Shown here in pieces: positions 13,899 to 26,180 of a DNA stretch of 64,000 nucleotides. The translations under genes and the position numbers were made by a program. Source of the stretch: Eledone cirrhosa (Eukaryota); contig OZ024745.1 of the NCBI GenBank assembly GCA_964016885.1, positions 78,616,001-78,680,000 on the forward strand. Direction: 5' to 3'. Within the stretch, counting starts at the first letter, position 1, and each line of letters starts with the position of its first letter. The notes below the pieces were generated by a model. The model was not told the DNA's origin and did no database searches. It worked only from the letters and a program-made list of their open reading frames with translations.

Positions 13899-14265
13899 GA
13901 AGGAAAACTCTGATATAACACCTGCAACCCTGATGGTATCCAATGATGTTGACTTGTTCTTCTTTTTGGTAACTATCATCTTGGTTAAGAGAGTGGGACT
14001 GGCTTTGTGCAGTGCCTTTGCTCACTATAAAAGCTTCACGGCACAGGCATTGCTTTATATCTGGAGATCTCACTGCACTTGTCGTCACGTGGTACCATGG
14101 GCCCAGCACTATGTGTCAATAATTGTCACAAGTGTAGTGTTTGTACCAGAGTTTTCAAGTCGCTGGCTGGACTAAAAAGTCACACTCGTTCAGCGCACCG
14201 GTAGGGGTTCTCCTACATGGATATAAAGTAGTGGCCGTACTCGATAACGAGTTGGCAGCCACCAT
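13899..14265 (+). mobile_element. Short RTE-derived element family A
   Basis: Starts GAAGGAAAACTCTG after (TATG)n; ends GCAGCCACCAT. Confidence 0.88.
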
Positions 14266-14292
14266 GTATGTATATATATGTATGTATATGTT

Positions 14293-14348
<56 letters not shown>

Positions 14349-14353
<5 letters not shown>

Positions 14354-15328
14354 AAGATTGAAGAATAACATGGTCGGCTGTACAACAAGGGGCTTTATTT
14401 CAAGTATTAACAATTGTGTCATTGATCAGGTGAGTCTAAAGGCCGCTAATCATTCGAAGTTGCGTCACAAGACCCTATATACAGTGATTACCTCTGACCA
14501 AATCCTCAGAATACTAGAGAACTCACATATGGCAATGGTATATATAAAGATACAGCGTAGAATCAAAACAATAGCATCAATAATAAAATATAATGATAAA
14601 TAGGTAAAGAAGTTACAGATGTAAAAAGTAAAAAAAGTTTTAAAAATAAAGAAATAGAAAATAAGTAAACGTATATAAGTACAGAATACAATAGTTGATA
14701 ATAGTGGTGGTGAGTAAGTGTCTGTATAAGGATGTGGGGGTGGAAGTAGTACTAACATGAAAAGCAATATTCGATACATACATACGTGTAGAGAGTAAGA
14801 GGTAGTAACAAATGACAGATAAAAGAAAAAACAATAAATTAAAAATTGAGAGATACGAGCATGAGACATAAGGGCTAAGGATGGATGGGGAAGGGAGGTG
14901 TTGATATGTGTGTGTAATATTTGGCCTTCTGATTGTCTTATCTTAATGGGATTGATGTGGCTTCAGGGAGAGAGTGTGAAAGAAAGGTTAGATGTATGAT
15001 CTAGTGACCATTCGATTAGTTGACAGCTAATAACAGTGTGGTGGTATGTATTCCGTACGTTAAAATTCGGGTGATTCAGTTCGAATTTTGCGATTGCTGG
15101 GTCGAATCATGGTGGTTTGAAATCTGTGAACTTGGTAGCTGCTTTGGGCCTACAGAAAATTGATCTTTCTATTTTGTTGTTAAGCAGCATCTTATCGTAC
15201 CTTAAAATATGGAATAGCTCCATATTGCAAAGTCCGCAGTGGGACATTCCATTGTGTAGGCCCTTGCTCCCGATAATTTTGACCAGCTAATCCTATATTC
15301 CTGGTTTGTGTTCTTAAGCTGCCAGATT
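14349..15328 (-). mobile_element. 5'-truncated second Naiad-type PLE (ORF C-terminus + 3' UTR)
   Basis: Minus-strand 15328-15108 translates, with one frameshift, to IWQLKNTNQEYRISWSKLSGARAY/NGMSHCGLCNMELFHILRYDKMLLNNKIERSIFCRPK..FKPP*. This is colinear with the C-terminus of ORF 49410-51851 (YDLTWGVLKRATPY..CRLCSQELFEI..LLNKRQE..C). The element ends at (TA)n; the extent of the UTR is inferred. Confidence 0.75.
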
Positions 15329-16264
15329 TTAGAGAGCGGGGGTAAATAGAAAGAATATATAAGACGGCAAATGAATAGCATGATGATGATTAAAAATATT
15401 GAATAAGATTAAGAAACGTTTGACGTTTTGGTTTATTTGCTCTTTATCAGAGATTTTAAAAAGAGAAAAAGAAAAAAAAACACAAAAAAGAATAAATTCA
15501 CGCGCCGCAGAAGTGGAAAACTGAAAGAAACGGGTTAATTTCATCGAAAATACTCGAAAAAATAATTAAGGTAGAAGATATATTAAATGTATGATCCGGT
15601 TGTTGCGTATACACGTGTATGCGTGTGTGTTTTCAGAAGTGATCGGTGATTGTGTGTGCGTGTGTTGTGTGCGTGCACTTTGTAAGCATGTGCATTTTGT
15701 TTGTTTCGTAATTTAGTGCCTATGTAGAAGTATGTATATGTTTTTCGTGTTTGTTTATTACGTGAGTACGCTGAATGTGAATGTATGTTCCAGTTTAATT
15801 TCAGGTTAAATTATGATTGTAACTATATTATCAGATTTTGTGTACGAAACTGATTCAATTGTGTGTAGTCCGTTCACTCGGTAAGATATCATATATATTG
15901 GCTCACATTAGTCTTTGTCTGTACGAATCCTATAATGGGTGGGGTATAACTTCTCGTCGTCTACATGTAACTGATCCACTCATATGTAACTAATCCACTC
16001 ATTGAAAGAGGGAAGAGAAGAGCATAGAGCACAAAAGAGAGTGGACGGTGTGTGTTCTTCTTCCTAACCAACGCTACCCACGAAGTCAAGCAAATGCTTG
16101 ATTTCTATTTACTATATGCAAATGGGCTTCTCTAGTAAGTGATCATCACGCAGAATTCTATATAGACCATAGTCTATTTCATACCATTACTTTTTGAGTG
16201 AGTTTCACTGATAAAAGATTAACAAATCTTGAAACAGCGTTGTCTGACATTCTCTGAACATATT

Positions 16265-16500
16265 GATTTCTTTATTAGTCACAAGGGCGCAACAAGAAAG
16301 GGGACAATACAAAGACATGCCGGGGATTTTACATACAGTCGTGTAAAAAAATATAAAAACAAACAAACAATTTCGACAATCGAAATCCCCAATAGGGGGG
16401 AGGCGCCACAAATGGGTTGTTTAATACCCCGTCGATAGAACAACCCTCAACTCGAGGAGCGTGTTGTGCAAGTGCTCCTTTCTTCCTTTTGCTCTCTTCC
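16265..16500 (-). mobile_element. Diverged Tx1-family 3' UTR fragment
   Basis: Reverse complement shares CCCCCTATTGGGGA, GTCTTTGTATTGTCCC and GCCCTTGTG..AATAAA.GAAATC with 7480-7654. Confidence 0.75.
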
Positions 16501-16651
16501 TCAACCTACAGGCAACTCTGTAATATATTCACCGAAGGAAACAATATTTTGTCGTTTGGTTTCGTTACGAAAAAGTATTTTCTTCAGCAACGAAGCTACC
16601 CATATGCTTATTATATGTAAACGTATTATATATGCTTCCATATACACTTAT

Positions 16652-17478
16652 CTATCTAGGGCGAGTAAAATTCCATGAACGAGTTCTCTCCAGCTGTCTC
16701 TGTCCCTCATTATCGCTGCTATGTCCTTTATTTCCAAGAGACCAGTGTCTGTCCTTAGGGCATCAACATATGTTAACCTCTGTCTTCCTCTTCCAGTGTG
16801 TTCATGCAGGGGCTCCCACAGGAGCACTGAGTGCAGTGTCAACTCTGGATGTCGGTGAGCATGTCCAGCTTACCTCAGGAGAAACACCAGGACTCTGGCT
16901 TTACTAATACCGACTCAGAGCAGGAGAGTTAAGACGAAAAAGATATCGGATGCTGAATTTGCCGACGACATAGTTTTGGTGACAAACCAAACACAGTGAA
17001 GGAAGCAGAGGAATTGATGCTGGAGGTGGAGACTGTGTCGATGAGTGTGGGGCTGAGAATGAATGAGATTAAGACGAAATATCTGGTAGAGAATATTAAG
17101 AAGCCAGAGAAGATTACTAATGTAGGCGGGAAGCCGCTAGAATTGGTTGAGGACTTCCTGTATTTGGGAGCAAAGATTGGGAATACGGAAGATGATGTGG
17201 TCGAGAGGAAGAACAAAGCCTGGGCGGCGTGTCACAGCTTGAGATCGGTATGGAAGTCGTACCTTCGTAAAGACTTGAAGATCCTCCTCTTCATTGCTGT
17301 AGTGGTGTCTATGCTGCTGTACGGGTCTGCGACTTGGACACTGACCAAGAAACTCACTCAGATGGTGGATGGGTGCTACACGAGAATGTTGAGGATGGCT
17401 CTGAACATTAATCAGTATACACTGAGGATGAAGAACTCAGAGCTGTACGGGAGCATCCCAAAAGAGAGCTCAAAACTG
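16652..17478. mobile_element. 5'-inverted, truncated RTE/RTEX-type LINE with 12-bp TSD
   Basis: Minus-strand 3' part (AGHAHRH..LLWEP..GRGR..TYVD..RDSWR) at 16652-16905 and plus-strand RT part (EFADD, FLYLG, LLYGSATW) at about 16910-17478. TSD ATATACACTTAT at 16640-16651 and 17479-17490. Confidence 0.85.
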
Positions 17479-17722
17479 ATATACACTTATATTATGCGTA
17501 AATAGTACCTCCAATTATATATATATACATAATATATTAAAATTAAGTGAGAAAAAACTCTAATTATGCGAGTACAAACAAGATAGACATAAAGTATTCT
17601 ATCTAACCTCGATTATATATAGTTCTCCCTGGTTTCATATGGGGAAGAATTCTTATTGGAACCACTAATAGAGAGACTTTTCTCATTGAGGTGTTTAAGT
17701 ATTAGAGACTAATTAACCTTTA

Positions 17723-17723
<1 letters not shown>

Positions 17724-17812
<89 letters not shown>
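17724..17812. repeat. (GT)n microsatellite
   Basis: Pure GT run; similar runs at about 21537-21627, 26103-26177, 28464-28534 and 32820-32903. Confidence 0.95.
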
Positions 17813-17816
<4 letters not shown>

Positions 17817-18050
17817 TAGAAGTTTTATATCATAAATTCGTAGGAGAGGATATTATGATATATTATGTTAGATGCCTCAATCAAAAGCGAAGCTTACTCA
17901 ATGCTTTAAGTTGCAATATTAAATATTAAAGTGGAGTTAGTACTTAGGAAGAATTAATATGCAGAGGATATAATCAGAGCGAATATAAACAGAAAATTAT
18001 GATGGAGAATCAAAACACACTTATCAACACTATTTATTCCTTATATATAA

Positions 18051-18230
18051 GGGCGGTGAACTGGCAGTATCGGTAGAGAGTCGGACGCCATGCTTTCTAG
18101 CATAGTTACGTCCCTTTACGGTCAGAGTTCAAATCCCGTCGAGGTTAACTTTGCCTTTCATCCTTACGGGGTCGATAAAATTAAGTACCAGTAATGTACT
18201 GGGTATGTGCCAAAAATAGAAACAATTATT
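18051..18230 (+). mobile_element. tRNA-derived SINE (octopus-type)
   Basis: A-box-like TGGCAGTATCGG, B-box GAGTTCAAATCC, core TTTGCCTTTCATCC..GGGGTCGATAAA..AAGTACCAG, tail AGAAACAATTATT. Confidence 0.85.
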
Positions 18231-18371
18231 TATATTTATAATATGTTTCAACTAGATAAAAAAAACTCAATGTGTGTTGACAGAATAGAATTCGATCTGA
18301 ATTTACCTATAGAAACATCTCGATCTAGAATCGTCAGAGGAAATCACAAATGTTTGTAATGATAACACAAA

Positions 18372-18464
18372 AGGGATAAAGATGAACTTTACCTCATGCT
18401 AATAAACAATACATTCTCGAATGTATTGTTTATGTTGTTTGAGGTAAAGTTCATATTTATCCCT
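18372..18464. repeat. Imperfect hairpin/fold-back abutting (TA)n
   Basis: AGGGATAAAGATGAACTTTACCTCA..ATAAACAATACATTC tc GAATGTATTGTTTAT..TGAGGTAAAGTTCATATTTATCCCT. Confidence 0.8.
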
Positions 18465-18554
18465 ATATATATATATATATATATATCAACGAATTAACAA
18501 GGTAAAATCTATTCCAACATTATGTTTTCCTGTTTTTTTCTGTTCAAATTCTAA

Positions 18555-18611
18555 CTGCCTGATGAAGTCATAGCTGTTGAATATTGGCTATCACTGAAAT
18601 ATATATACCAG
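18555..18611 (+). ncRNA. Type I hammerhead ribozyme (PLE-type minimal) in a TA-flanked PLE end fragment
   Basis: CTGATGA - AGTCATAGC/GCTATCACT stem II (1 mismatch) - GAAA - palindromic TATATA - TA. Stem I CTGC/CCAG has one mismatch. Confidence 0.65.
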
Positions 18612-18660
18612 CGAATATGAATAAACGAAGCTAAGTTTAACCTGTTGACTTACACTTCTT

Positions 18661-18697
<37 letters not shown>

Positions 18698-19160
18698 AGT
18701 AAGAGGTTTTGGCTGTAGCCAAGCTAACGAAACACATCAGGAATTATGCAGCCAAGCACTCGATGAGCTGTGCTCAGAGTAATAACATTTGTTAGATAGC
18801 AGGACAAATTGAAAACTGTGGCAGGCAAGCCTAACCACAACACCGAAGCAACGAAAAAAACTTTCAGGTTAAATAATATATATATATATATTCCCTTAAC
18901 GTACCTACTTTTGAATGTCTGTAAGTTGCTCCTACTTCCCTCTGTTGGTTTAGAAATCTGAAATGCAGAGAATAGTTTTAACCACAGTCGATTGCTAGAA
19001 ACAATATCTTAGAAAAATCGGCTAAAATACCCTATTGACGGGAAAATGTGTCAGCAGCTGCAACGTAGAACTGAACTTCGCAGTAAAAGCATCTGGCTGG
19101 AAATGTTTTCTTAACCCATCTTGCCGCGAATATTGTTTCAAAACATCTGTATAAAATAAT

Positions 19161-19418
19161 TGTTTCTACTTTAGGCACAAGGCCACCAATTTAAAGGAGA
19201 GGGGAAAGTCTATTAAAGCGACTCTAGTGCATTACTGGTGCTTTATTTTATCGACCCCATAAGGATGAAAGGCAAAGCTAACCTTGGAGGGATTTGAACT
19301 CTGAACGTAAAGGGCCGTAACTCTAATCCGCGAAGGATGGTGTCTGCCGCTCTATCAGTACTGCCAATCCACTACCCTACATCTGTGTAAAATAATTGTT
19401 TCTACTTTTGGCACAAGG
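19161..19418 (-). mobile_element. SINE plus 22-bp SINE tail fragment at one target (triple TSD)
   Basis: ACATCTGTRTAAAATAAT at 19143, 19379 and 19419; full SINE 19161-19378; tail only 19397-19418. Confidence 0.85.
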
Positions 19419-19979
19419 ACATCTGTGTAAAATAATAAAAGGGCTTTATTACTTGTAAAGTTAGTATCAGATGTATTGGTATTGGCCTGACTTACCTTCA
19501 AATAAAATTTAATTTCCTCGAAACATAGATAAGCGATGCTGCCAACATTAATAATGAGTGAGATAACGTTCAAAATCTGCTCTAAATACTCATTCATTTC
19601 TCATTCTATTAAGGAAAATATACATATGATAAATTATATAACAATTTACTTGCTATGATAGCCTACCTACTAAGATATGAACAGAGAGCTAAATGTTAAC
19701 TTTTACTTAATAGTTTGAGTACCTGATCTCGAATTCCATCAGTGTATACAGACCAGCATTGTTTGCTTGCACAAAACATGTTTCTTGCAGAGATAATCAT
19801 GAAGTCTCAAGGTTTATAGGCAAATAAAACGATAGTATGACGTCCCTGGTTATCGCATAGGCATTAACGATGTGAAATGCCTCTAATCTGGAATCGAATT
19901 GTGAGTAATGGTTCATATAACCAAAATAATTTTTATTAAACATTTTTTCGTGAAAGTAAAAGAGATTCTCATGTAAATA

Positions 19980-20190
19980 TTATTCAGGCCCAGGTAAACT
20001 CTGCTCGGAGAAATCAATTATCAAAGGCGTTCCAGCCGTGACCAATTAGTGTTCTTTTTTTTCAGACAAAGTCTATTTAGGACTATATTATCTAATGTGC
20101 CGTTCCCTTTTTAAGACTGTAAGAGAGAATTAGCTGTTATTTCTAGTAAGACCAAAGACCGCCTAGAGGATCCTCGCTGAGTTTTGATGT
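19980..20190 (+). repeat. Old dispersed repeat (second SINE/MITE-like family)
   Basis: Shared blocks (TCAAAGGCGTTCCAGCCGTGACC, TTAAGA, TTAGCTGTTATTTCTAG) recur degenerately at about 20340-20510(-), 23350-23560(+) and 29080-29290(-). Confidence 0.5.
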
Positions 20191-20621
20191 TCATGCTATT
20201 CTCAATGCTGTTAATGAAATGGAGTAGCTAAAACTGTAACTGAAATTAGTTTGCGGATACTACTTGTCTTGGTATTATCGTTAACCTACTGCACAAGTTT
20301 AGACAAAAGACATAAGAGTGATTTGTTACTTAAATCTAGGTGTTATTAGTGTACAGCCAAATCTCTCACAAAATATTCCACACCGTCATAAATAAAAAAA
20401 AATGACGCATTAGATATCTTATCCTTAAAAAGACGGGATGCTTACATCCCGAATGCCTTTAATCTTAGGTGTGCTTGGTCAGGTTTGAACTAGTACCAAA
20501 AGGGATATAAACAGGAAGACGAATGGTAAAATTAACTTAACGTAAAGGATGCTCCAGTTTTGTTTGACCACTCTTCACACCCACATACATACTTACATAC
20601 ATAATAGCTACATACACACAC

Positions 20622-20689
<68 letters not shown>

Positions 20690-20702
<13 letters not shown>

Positions 20703-21424
20703 TGAAGTTGTCTGTGCCTGTGTGTCCTAATTTCTACTCCGATTGACTTCAAACTTATATTTATATATTCCTTGCGGTCTAAAGATATTAACTGCAGCTT
20801 TTATTTTTCGATTTTGTGTTGTTAAAGGTCTTTTTTTTTTCACTAAAACTTTAAGCCCTGTTTGTCAGTTCGGCAATGTTGTCTACAATGTTCAAGAGAG
20901 ACACCTCTTTAGTATTTTGAAAGAGTTACCTCCCTTTATAGAATATATTATCCCTACTTATACGTACATCCCTTGAAATTGTTGATGGTGACCCCAATAG
21001 TAACTCCGAAGCGTTCGGCATCCGATATAACAGTTCGGTCTATATCAGATTGGGTAGAGTTTTGTAACCTTAAAAGTATCCAACTAAATTCATTCATGCT
21101 CTCCACCACTGCAGTCCCACATGCTTACTGCTCTGTAACTATTGCTTTTATTGTACCATAGCACAACAAATACATGTTCGGTTTGTCGAATGCCTTTTTA
21201 CTTAACCCTATCGTCTTGGCTTTTGTGGGTTGAACATTTTAATCTCAGGCACCCAATTAAGTTAAGCCCCTGGTAATCTACGACGGATTTTTTTCATAAG
21301 CACAAAATGTAGACACCATCCCCAGGCCGAGGTATTCCGTACTGCTCTGTACTGTTTCAGAAAGGAGGGATAAACGTGCCAATCTATGTTTAGAAGCCCG
21401 AGCAGCGCCAGGCCATTCTGCTAG
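20690..21424 (+). mobile_element. Non-autonomous Helitron-like element in (TA)n
   Basis: 5' TATATAAAACT; 3' GC-rich hairpin GCCCGAGCAGCGCCAGGC followed by CTAG|T. An internal antisense relic resembles Pif1/Helitron helicase motifs (LLCYGT; FGVTIGVTINNFKG). Confidence 0.65.
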
Positions 21425-21534
21425 TATATATATATATGCATACACCAGTGACACTTTCACGCTTTCAGCTGAGATGCATTGAGTACATTTTCACTTAATG
21501 TTTCGTAGATTTTATGTATGATTACACCTTGATA

Positions 21535-21629
<95 letters not shown>

Positions 21630-21944
21630 CGGTTCCGAACATTTTTCATCCCAAAAATGTCAATCATACAGCTTTGACTTCAGCAGTTTTGCTGGAAGTC
21701 ACGTATCCAAAGTCGTAACTGAAAGTGGCAGTAAATATCGTAGGTTATAGCTACATAATCTGGCTGCACTCATAATATTGTGATAGGAATTTCTTTTCAC
21801 TTTATATAATTCCAATAAATCCAGAAGCGATCTTCCTAGCCATATAGCTATAACTACATCCATTTAAGAAGACAATTATGAAAAATGACACAAACTCTCT
21901 CCTTGCAACGAAACATCGTTTTTAACCTTACATCTCATATTAAT

Positions 21945-22150
21945 TTCTAATTAAGGCATAGGGCCAGCACATTTGGGGATCGTACAAAGTTGATTAAATC
22001 AGCCTCTGTACTTGGCTAGTATTTTATTTTATCGACACCGGAAAAACAAAAGAGAAAATTGACTTTAGTGTGATTTGAATTTAGAATAAGAAGGACCAGA
22101 ACAAATATTGTAATGGCATTTTACCTTATGATCTATCAATTCTGCCAAGC
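21945..22150 (-). mobile_element. Degenerate SINE
   Basis: TTTTATCGAC..GAAAATTGAC..GATTTGAA..ATTCTGCCA matches the reverse complement of the SINE family. Confidence 0.6.
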
Positions 22151-22199
22151 AACCTGCTTTTAGTCTGACATTTCATATTTAAAAAGAAAAGTACTTAAT

Positions 22200-22680
22200 A
22201 CAGATAGATACAGGCACTTATGAGCAGGTTCCGTTTCAACCAATTTGTCATAAACCGATATGGATCTGACTTGAAGACTTATACATATGACTTGAGTGGG
22301 TATTATATGCATTACTCATATGTAACTAATATATATTATATGAATGTTCGTTCATATATTCTCTTCCAATATAAACCAGTCTCCTCCATGTTCAAATTCT
22401 GTTCTACTAAATGTCATTCTAAAGTTTTAATAAAGCTCTCGGCTGCTACTATATCGGCATACGCTGGATCCTCCGTTTCTCGCATATTGCGCAAAATCTT
22501 TCTTTCTGTAATAATTAAACCATTCAATGAAAGTTTTCTTTACATTCTTGCTTCAAATTTCAAAATTACTCCCAACTTTAGCTTGTATTATTAGTACGGT
22601 ATATATTTTCGTAACAGGTCTTCCAACCAGAACATTTTCAAATTTTCCATTTCGTGGACAGCTCCTTGTTGCCTCTTCAT
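22200..22680 (-). pseudogene. Tigger/pogo (CENP-B-like) transposase relic
   Basis: Minus-strand pieces EMENLKMFWLED, EWFNYY, SAYADIVAAESF and QNLNMEETGLYWKRIYERTF resemble the Tigger HTH and N-DETGLFWK motifs; many disruptions. Confidence 0.7.
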
Positions 22681-23113
22681 TATTATCGTTGTCTGCGCAT
22701 GCGTTTGTGGTAATATAAATGATTGTAACCATGAGTAGCCGTAAGTCGTGTTGGTCATATCTCGGACAGAGACTGTATTAAATAAAAGTGATTAAATCTT
22801 GCTCCAAGGGTGACAAAGCAATTAATCACTGACGTCTGCCACAAGCGAGTAAGTGTCAGTCATCTGAAGTCATTATAAGCAATTAGCAGATTTCTAGTGA
22901 AGTAGTCAGTAGAAACAGGAACTAAAGAATCCTTTATCCGTCGTCTCTTAAGTTGCAGTGACAGAATAGTTTTCATCCAGCTGACGCATCAACTCTTCAG
23001 AACACTAACAGATAAACTATTCAGCTATAAAAATAATCTTTAAAAATGTAGTCGTGTCGTCGTGGCTTTCTAATGTTGTTTAGGAATAAATGTAATTGTG
23101 TATAGATCATATT

Positions 23114-23298
23114 GTGGATTGGCAGTATCGGTAGAGGGTCGGACGCCATGCTTTCCAGCATAGTTACGTCCCTTTACGATCTGAGTTCAAATCCCGCCGA
23201 GGTTGACTTTGCCTTTCATCCTTACGGGGTCGATAAAATAAAAGTACCAGTAATGCACTGGGTAATTGCTGGCCTTGTGCCTAAAGTAGAAACAATTA
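23114..23298 (+). mobile_element. tRNA-derived SINE
   Basis: Same family as 18051 and 31066. Confidence 0.85.
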
Positions 23299-23987
23299 AG
23301 TTTGTATATGACACCTTAAATGTGTGACAACATATTTTAATCTTGTTATTTTAGTTGTTTAGCTTGAAATCAGTCATGCTTGAACGGTCCTATGATTGCA
23401 CACGTTCTAACCATGACCTTTTAAGATATCAGTCGCTATAACATCATATGCATCCTTCAAGAGTTAAGATGGTAGTAGAACATAATTTAAGCGAGATTTA
23501 GTTGCTATTTCTAGCATATCAAGTGACCACGTAAAATGTCACTTGTTAGCTCATTGTTGTTTTAGCTAAGGTGTATATATTTCTCTTTTTTAGTTGAATG
23601 ATGTCAAACTGTAGAACGCGTGTAGATAACAAAAAAACAACACTAAGAAAACTAATTAAAATTCAACGTATTTAATCAATGTTAATAATTTAAGGGGAGA
23701 ATATTGTTTCACAGCGGATATAAAACATGGGTGATAAACACAGCTACTCGTTTAGAAAAAGCTGGACTAATTTTTCTAAAGAAAAAAAAAGATGTTGGTA
23801 TTTGAAATAGGCTCACCAGAGCTACAATAAGAATACGATTGGATTGATCCATTGATCTTTAATCGCAAATATAAGAACATCTTATTTCTGCCAGTCAAGG
23901 TGTGTATGTATGGTCCCGTAACTCCTGATAGAGACGTAGGGGCACCGTGTTGACATACGGCGTTTCTTGGGTATTTTAAGACTGGCC

Positions 23988-24134
23988 GAGTCCATCCCTC
24001 TCCAGGCCTGACCTGGTGGAGTCCATCCCTCTCCAGGCCTGACCTGGTGGAGTCCATCCCTCACCAGGCCTGACCTGGTGGAGTCCATCCCTCTCCAGGC
24101 CTGACCTGGTGGAGTCCATCCCTCTCCAGGCCTG
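23988..24134. repeat. 31-bp minisatellite, 4.7 copies
   Basis: Unit GAGTCCATCCCTCTCCAGGCCTGACCTGGTG; one substitution in copy 3; no spacers. Confidence 0.95.
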
Positions 24135-24179
24135 TATACAGCAGATTTCTTTCAGAGAAAGATAGAGAGTGGGAGAGAG

Positions 24180-24366
24180 GAAATGAGAAAGAGGTATAGA
24201 CGAAGAATCGACACCCAGTACTAGACTGGTACCTTTTTTATCGACCTCGAAAGGATGAAAGACAAAGTTGACCGCAGTGGGATTTGAACTCAGGTAGCAG
24301 AGACCCGGAACGAATACCATAAAGCATTCTATACGATATTCTAACGACTATGCCAATTCGCCACCG
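24180..24366 (-). mobile_element. tRNA-derived SINE (older subfamily)
   Basis: CTGGTAC..TTTATCGACC..AAGGATGAAAGACAAAG..GGATTTGAACTC..GCCAATTCGCCACC. Confidence 0.75.
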
Positions 24367-26100
24367 TAATCAAAGGTAAGAATCAAAAATTGTTTTATTT
24401 CACTAATGTATAGATCCAGTCTCTTTCTTTCGTACACAAGTGGGCATTGTAAACTATTCTGCTTTACCATTGCTTGCTCTAATACAATAAATATAATATG
24501 CTGTGATATAATAAAATTTAGTACATTAATTAATCTACTGAACGTCCTAAAAATTATTACTACGGCAGGGTCTCTAACTTACGTCTACCACTCTTCTTGG
24601 ATGGTAGACGCTCATTCAACAGCAGTTAATGATGATAATTTCGCTATTGCAACTACTGCTAACCAAGCCTAAAGCAGAAATATAAATCGGAAGTATAAAT
24701 GTATCACACATAGAAAATTGGAACTTGTTGAAATTTCTCCAGATAAGACCCTGTGACTGTGTTAATATAGAAGAAAAAGTGTATTTTTAATCACAGCAGC
24801 ATTTCCATTCAGAACACGACGGGATGTGATGAAAGAATTTTACGGTGTACATAACTCATGTAAGGGGGTGATTGTTGGCAATGTTCTGGATAATTTTCGA
24901 AGAATTCACATATGACTTTCTAGGCAGCGTTCTTCCTCTTTATGAATACAAATACTTGGGGCAAGATTTAATCTATGTTCCTTTGACTCGAATTTCTTTA
25001 ACATAGAGACAAACAGAAATGTTCATTGAATAAAAAAAGATATCTTATTCGCTATCCAAATTTCTATTAAGTAAATTCTATATGTGTTATTAAACAGTAT
25101 ATTTCTTTATTTTTTGCATTTTACTCTTTTACTTTTAATTGTATGTAATGAATGAGTCTATGAATCACAGAATAAGATTTTGTTCCGAGCTTCTCTCAGA
25201 ACTGCTGAGACTTTTTTCTTTACCTTTGTATATATATACATATACTTCAATAAAAATATGAGAAGGCCGGATTCCAATAACTTGCTTTATCGTTTCTTAA
25301 ATTACATAATACGTATTTCTGTGGCCGGTCTACGTCATCGGATCATGGCGCAAAACAATCGACGACGTCATCAGACAGCATGAACAGATATAGTTAAGTA
25401 ATCGTTACTGGGGCACTGCAAAATATAAACGAGAATCAATTATATGGAAGGGTGTTTGGACTAGTCGTGCTATCCCCAACATTAAAGCATGTTATTGGAA
25501 TCTGGCCTTCTCATACTTTCAGTCAAGTATTTAAGTTTCGTGTACCAACCACAAGATACCACATCTATGATAGAGGATACGCATGACGTCGAGTGCTTTT
25601 GCAGTACGGTCTTCTGATCGGAATGACTGAGTCACAAACCTAGCTATCTATTTGATAAACCATATACAGTAAAGGATATATTTATAATGAAAATAGTATT
25701 AGAAATTTTCACCGTATATTGACTACAGTTTTCCGTCTCATATTCTGTCTTTTGCATATTGCTCTTGATTTTCTGTTTCACTTGAGGATTTCACTTGTTT
25801 GGTGGACCTAGTAGCCCTCCTGGTAGATGACCGGTGTTTTGATGACATACTGAAATAATTGATCTTGGAAAATATCGTGAAAAAAATCAATACAAAGGAA
25901 TATAAAAATACAAGTAAATACAAAATAGCAGCCGTCGGAATTAGGTCAATAACATACGGCAATATCCTCAAAAAGCTTCATTAATATACGCCGTATATTA
26001 ATTTCAAATAAGATCAATTTTATCATGAGAGATTGTCAGTTTTCCTTTTTGTGTGATGCATGAAGACACCAACCAACAAACAACTCCCTTTTATATTATA

Positions 26101-26180
<80 letters not shown>

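Noticed and set aside
14400-14475. Hammerhead expected at the end of the second Naiad fragment
   Set aside because: Only a palindromic ACAATTGT and a GACA (for GAAA) remain; no intact core.
15330-15700. CpG-containing stretch resembling a host first exon
   Set aside because: No ORF or convincing donor; not supportable from sequence alone.
18051-18140. tRNA genes at the B-box motifs
   Set aside because: No cloverleaf; these are SINE heads.
18300-18345. Minus-strand CTGACGA hammerhead-like motif
   Set aside because: GAAA is replaced by GAGA and the stems are too weak.
23988-24134. CRISPR-like 31-bp repeats
   Set aside because: No spacers, no cas genes, eukaryotic context.
25300-25971. Possible host promoter (ACGTCA motifs) and exon-like ORF MSSKHRSSTRR
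   Set aside because: All frames stop quickly; no recognisable domain or coherent splice pair.
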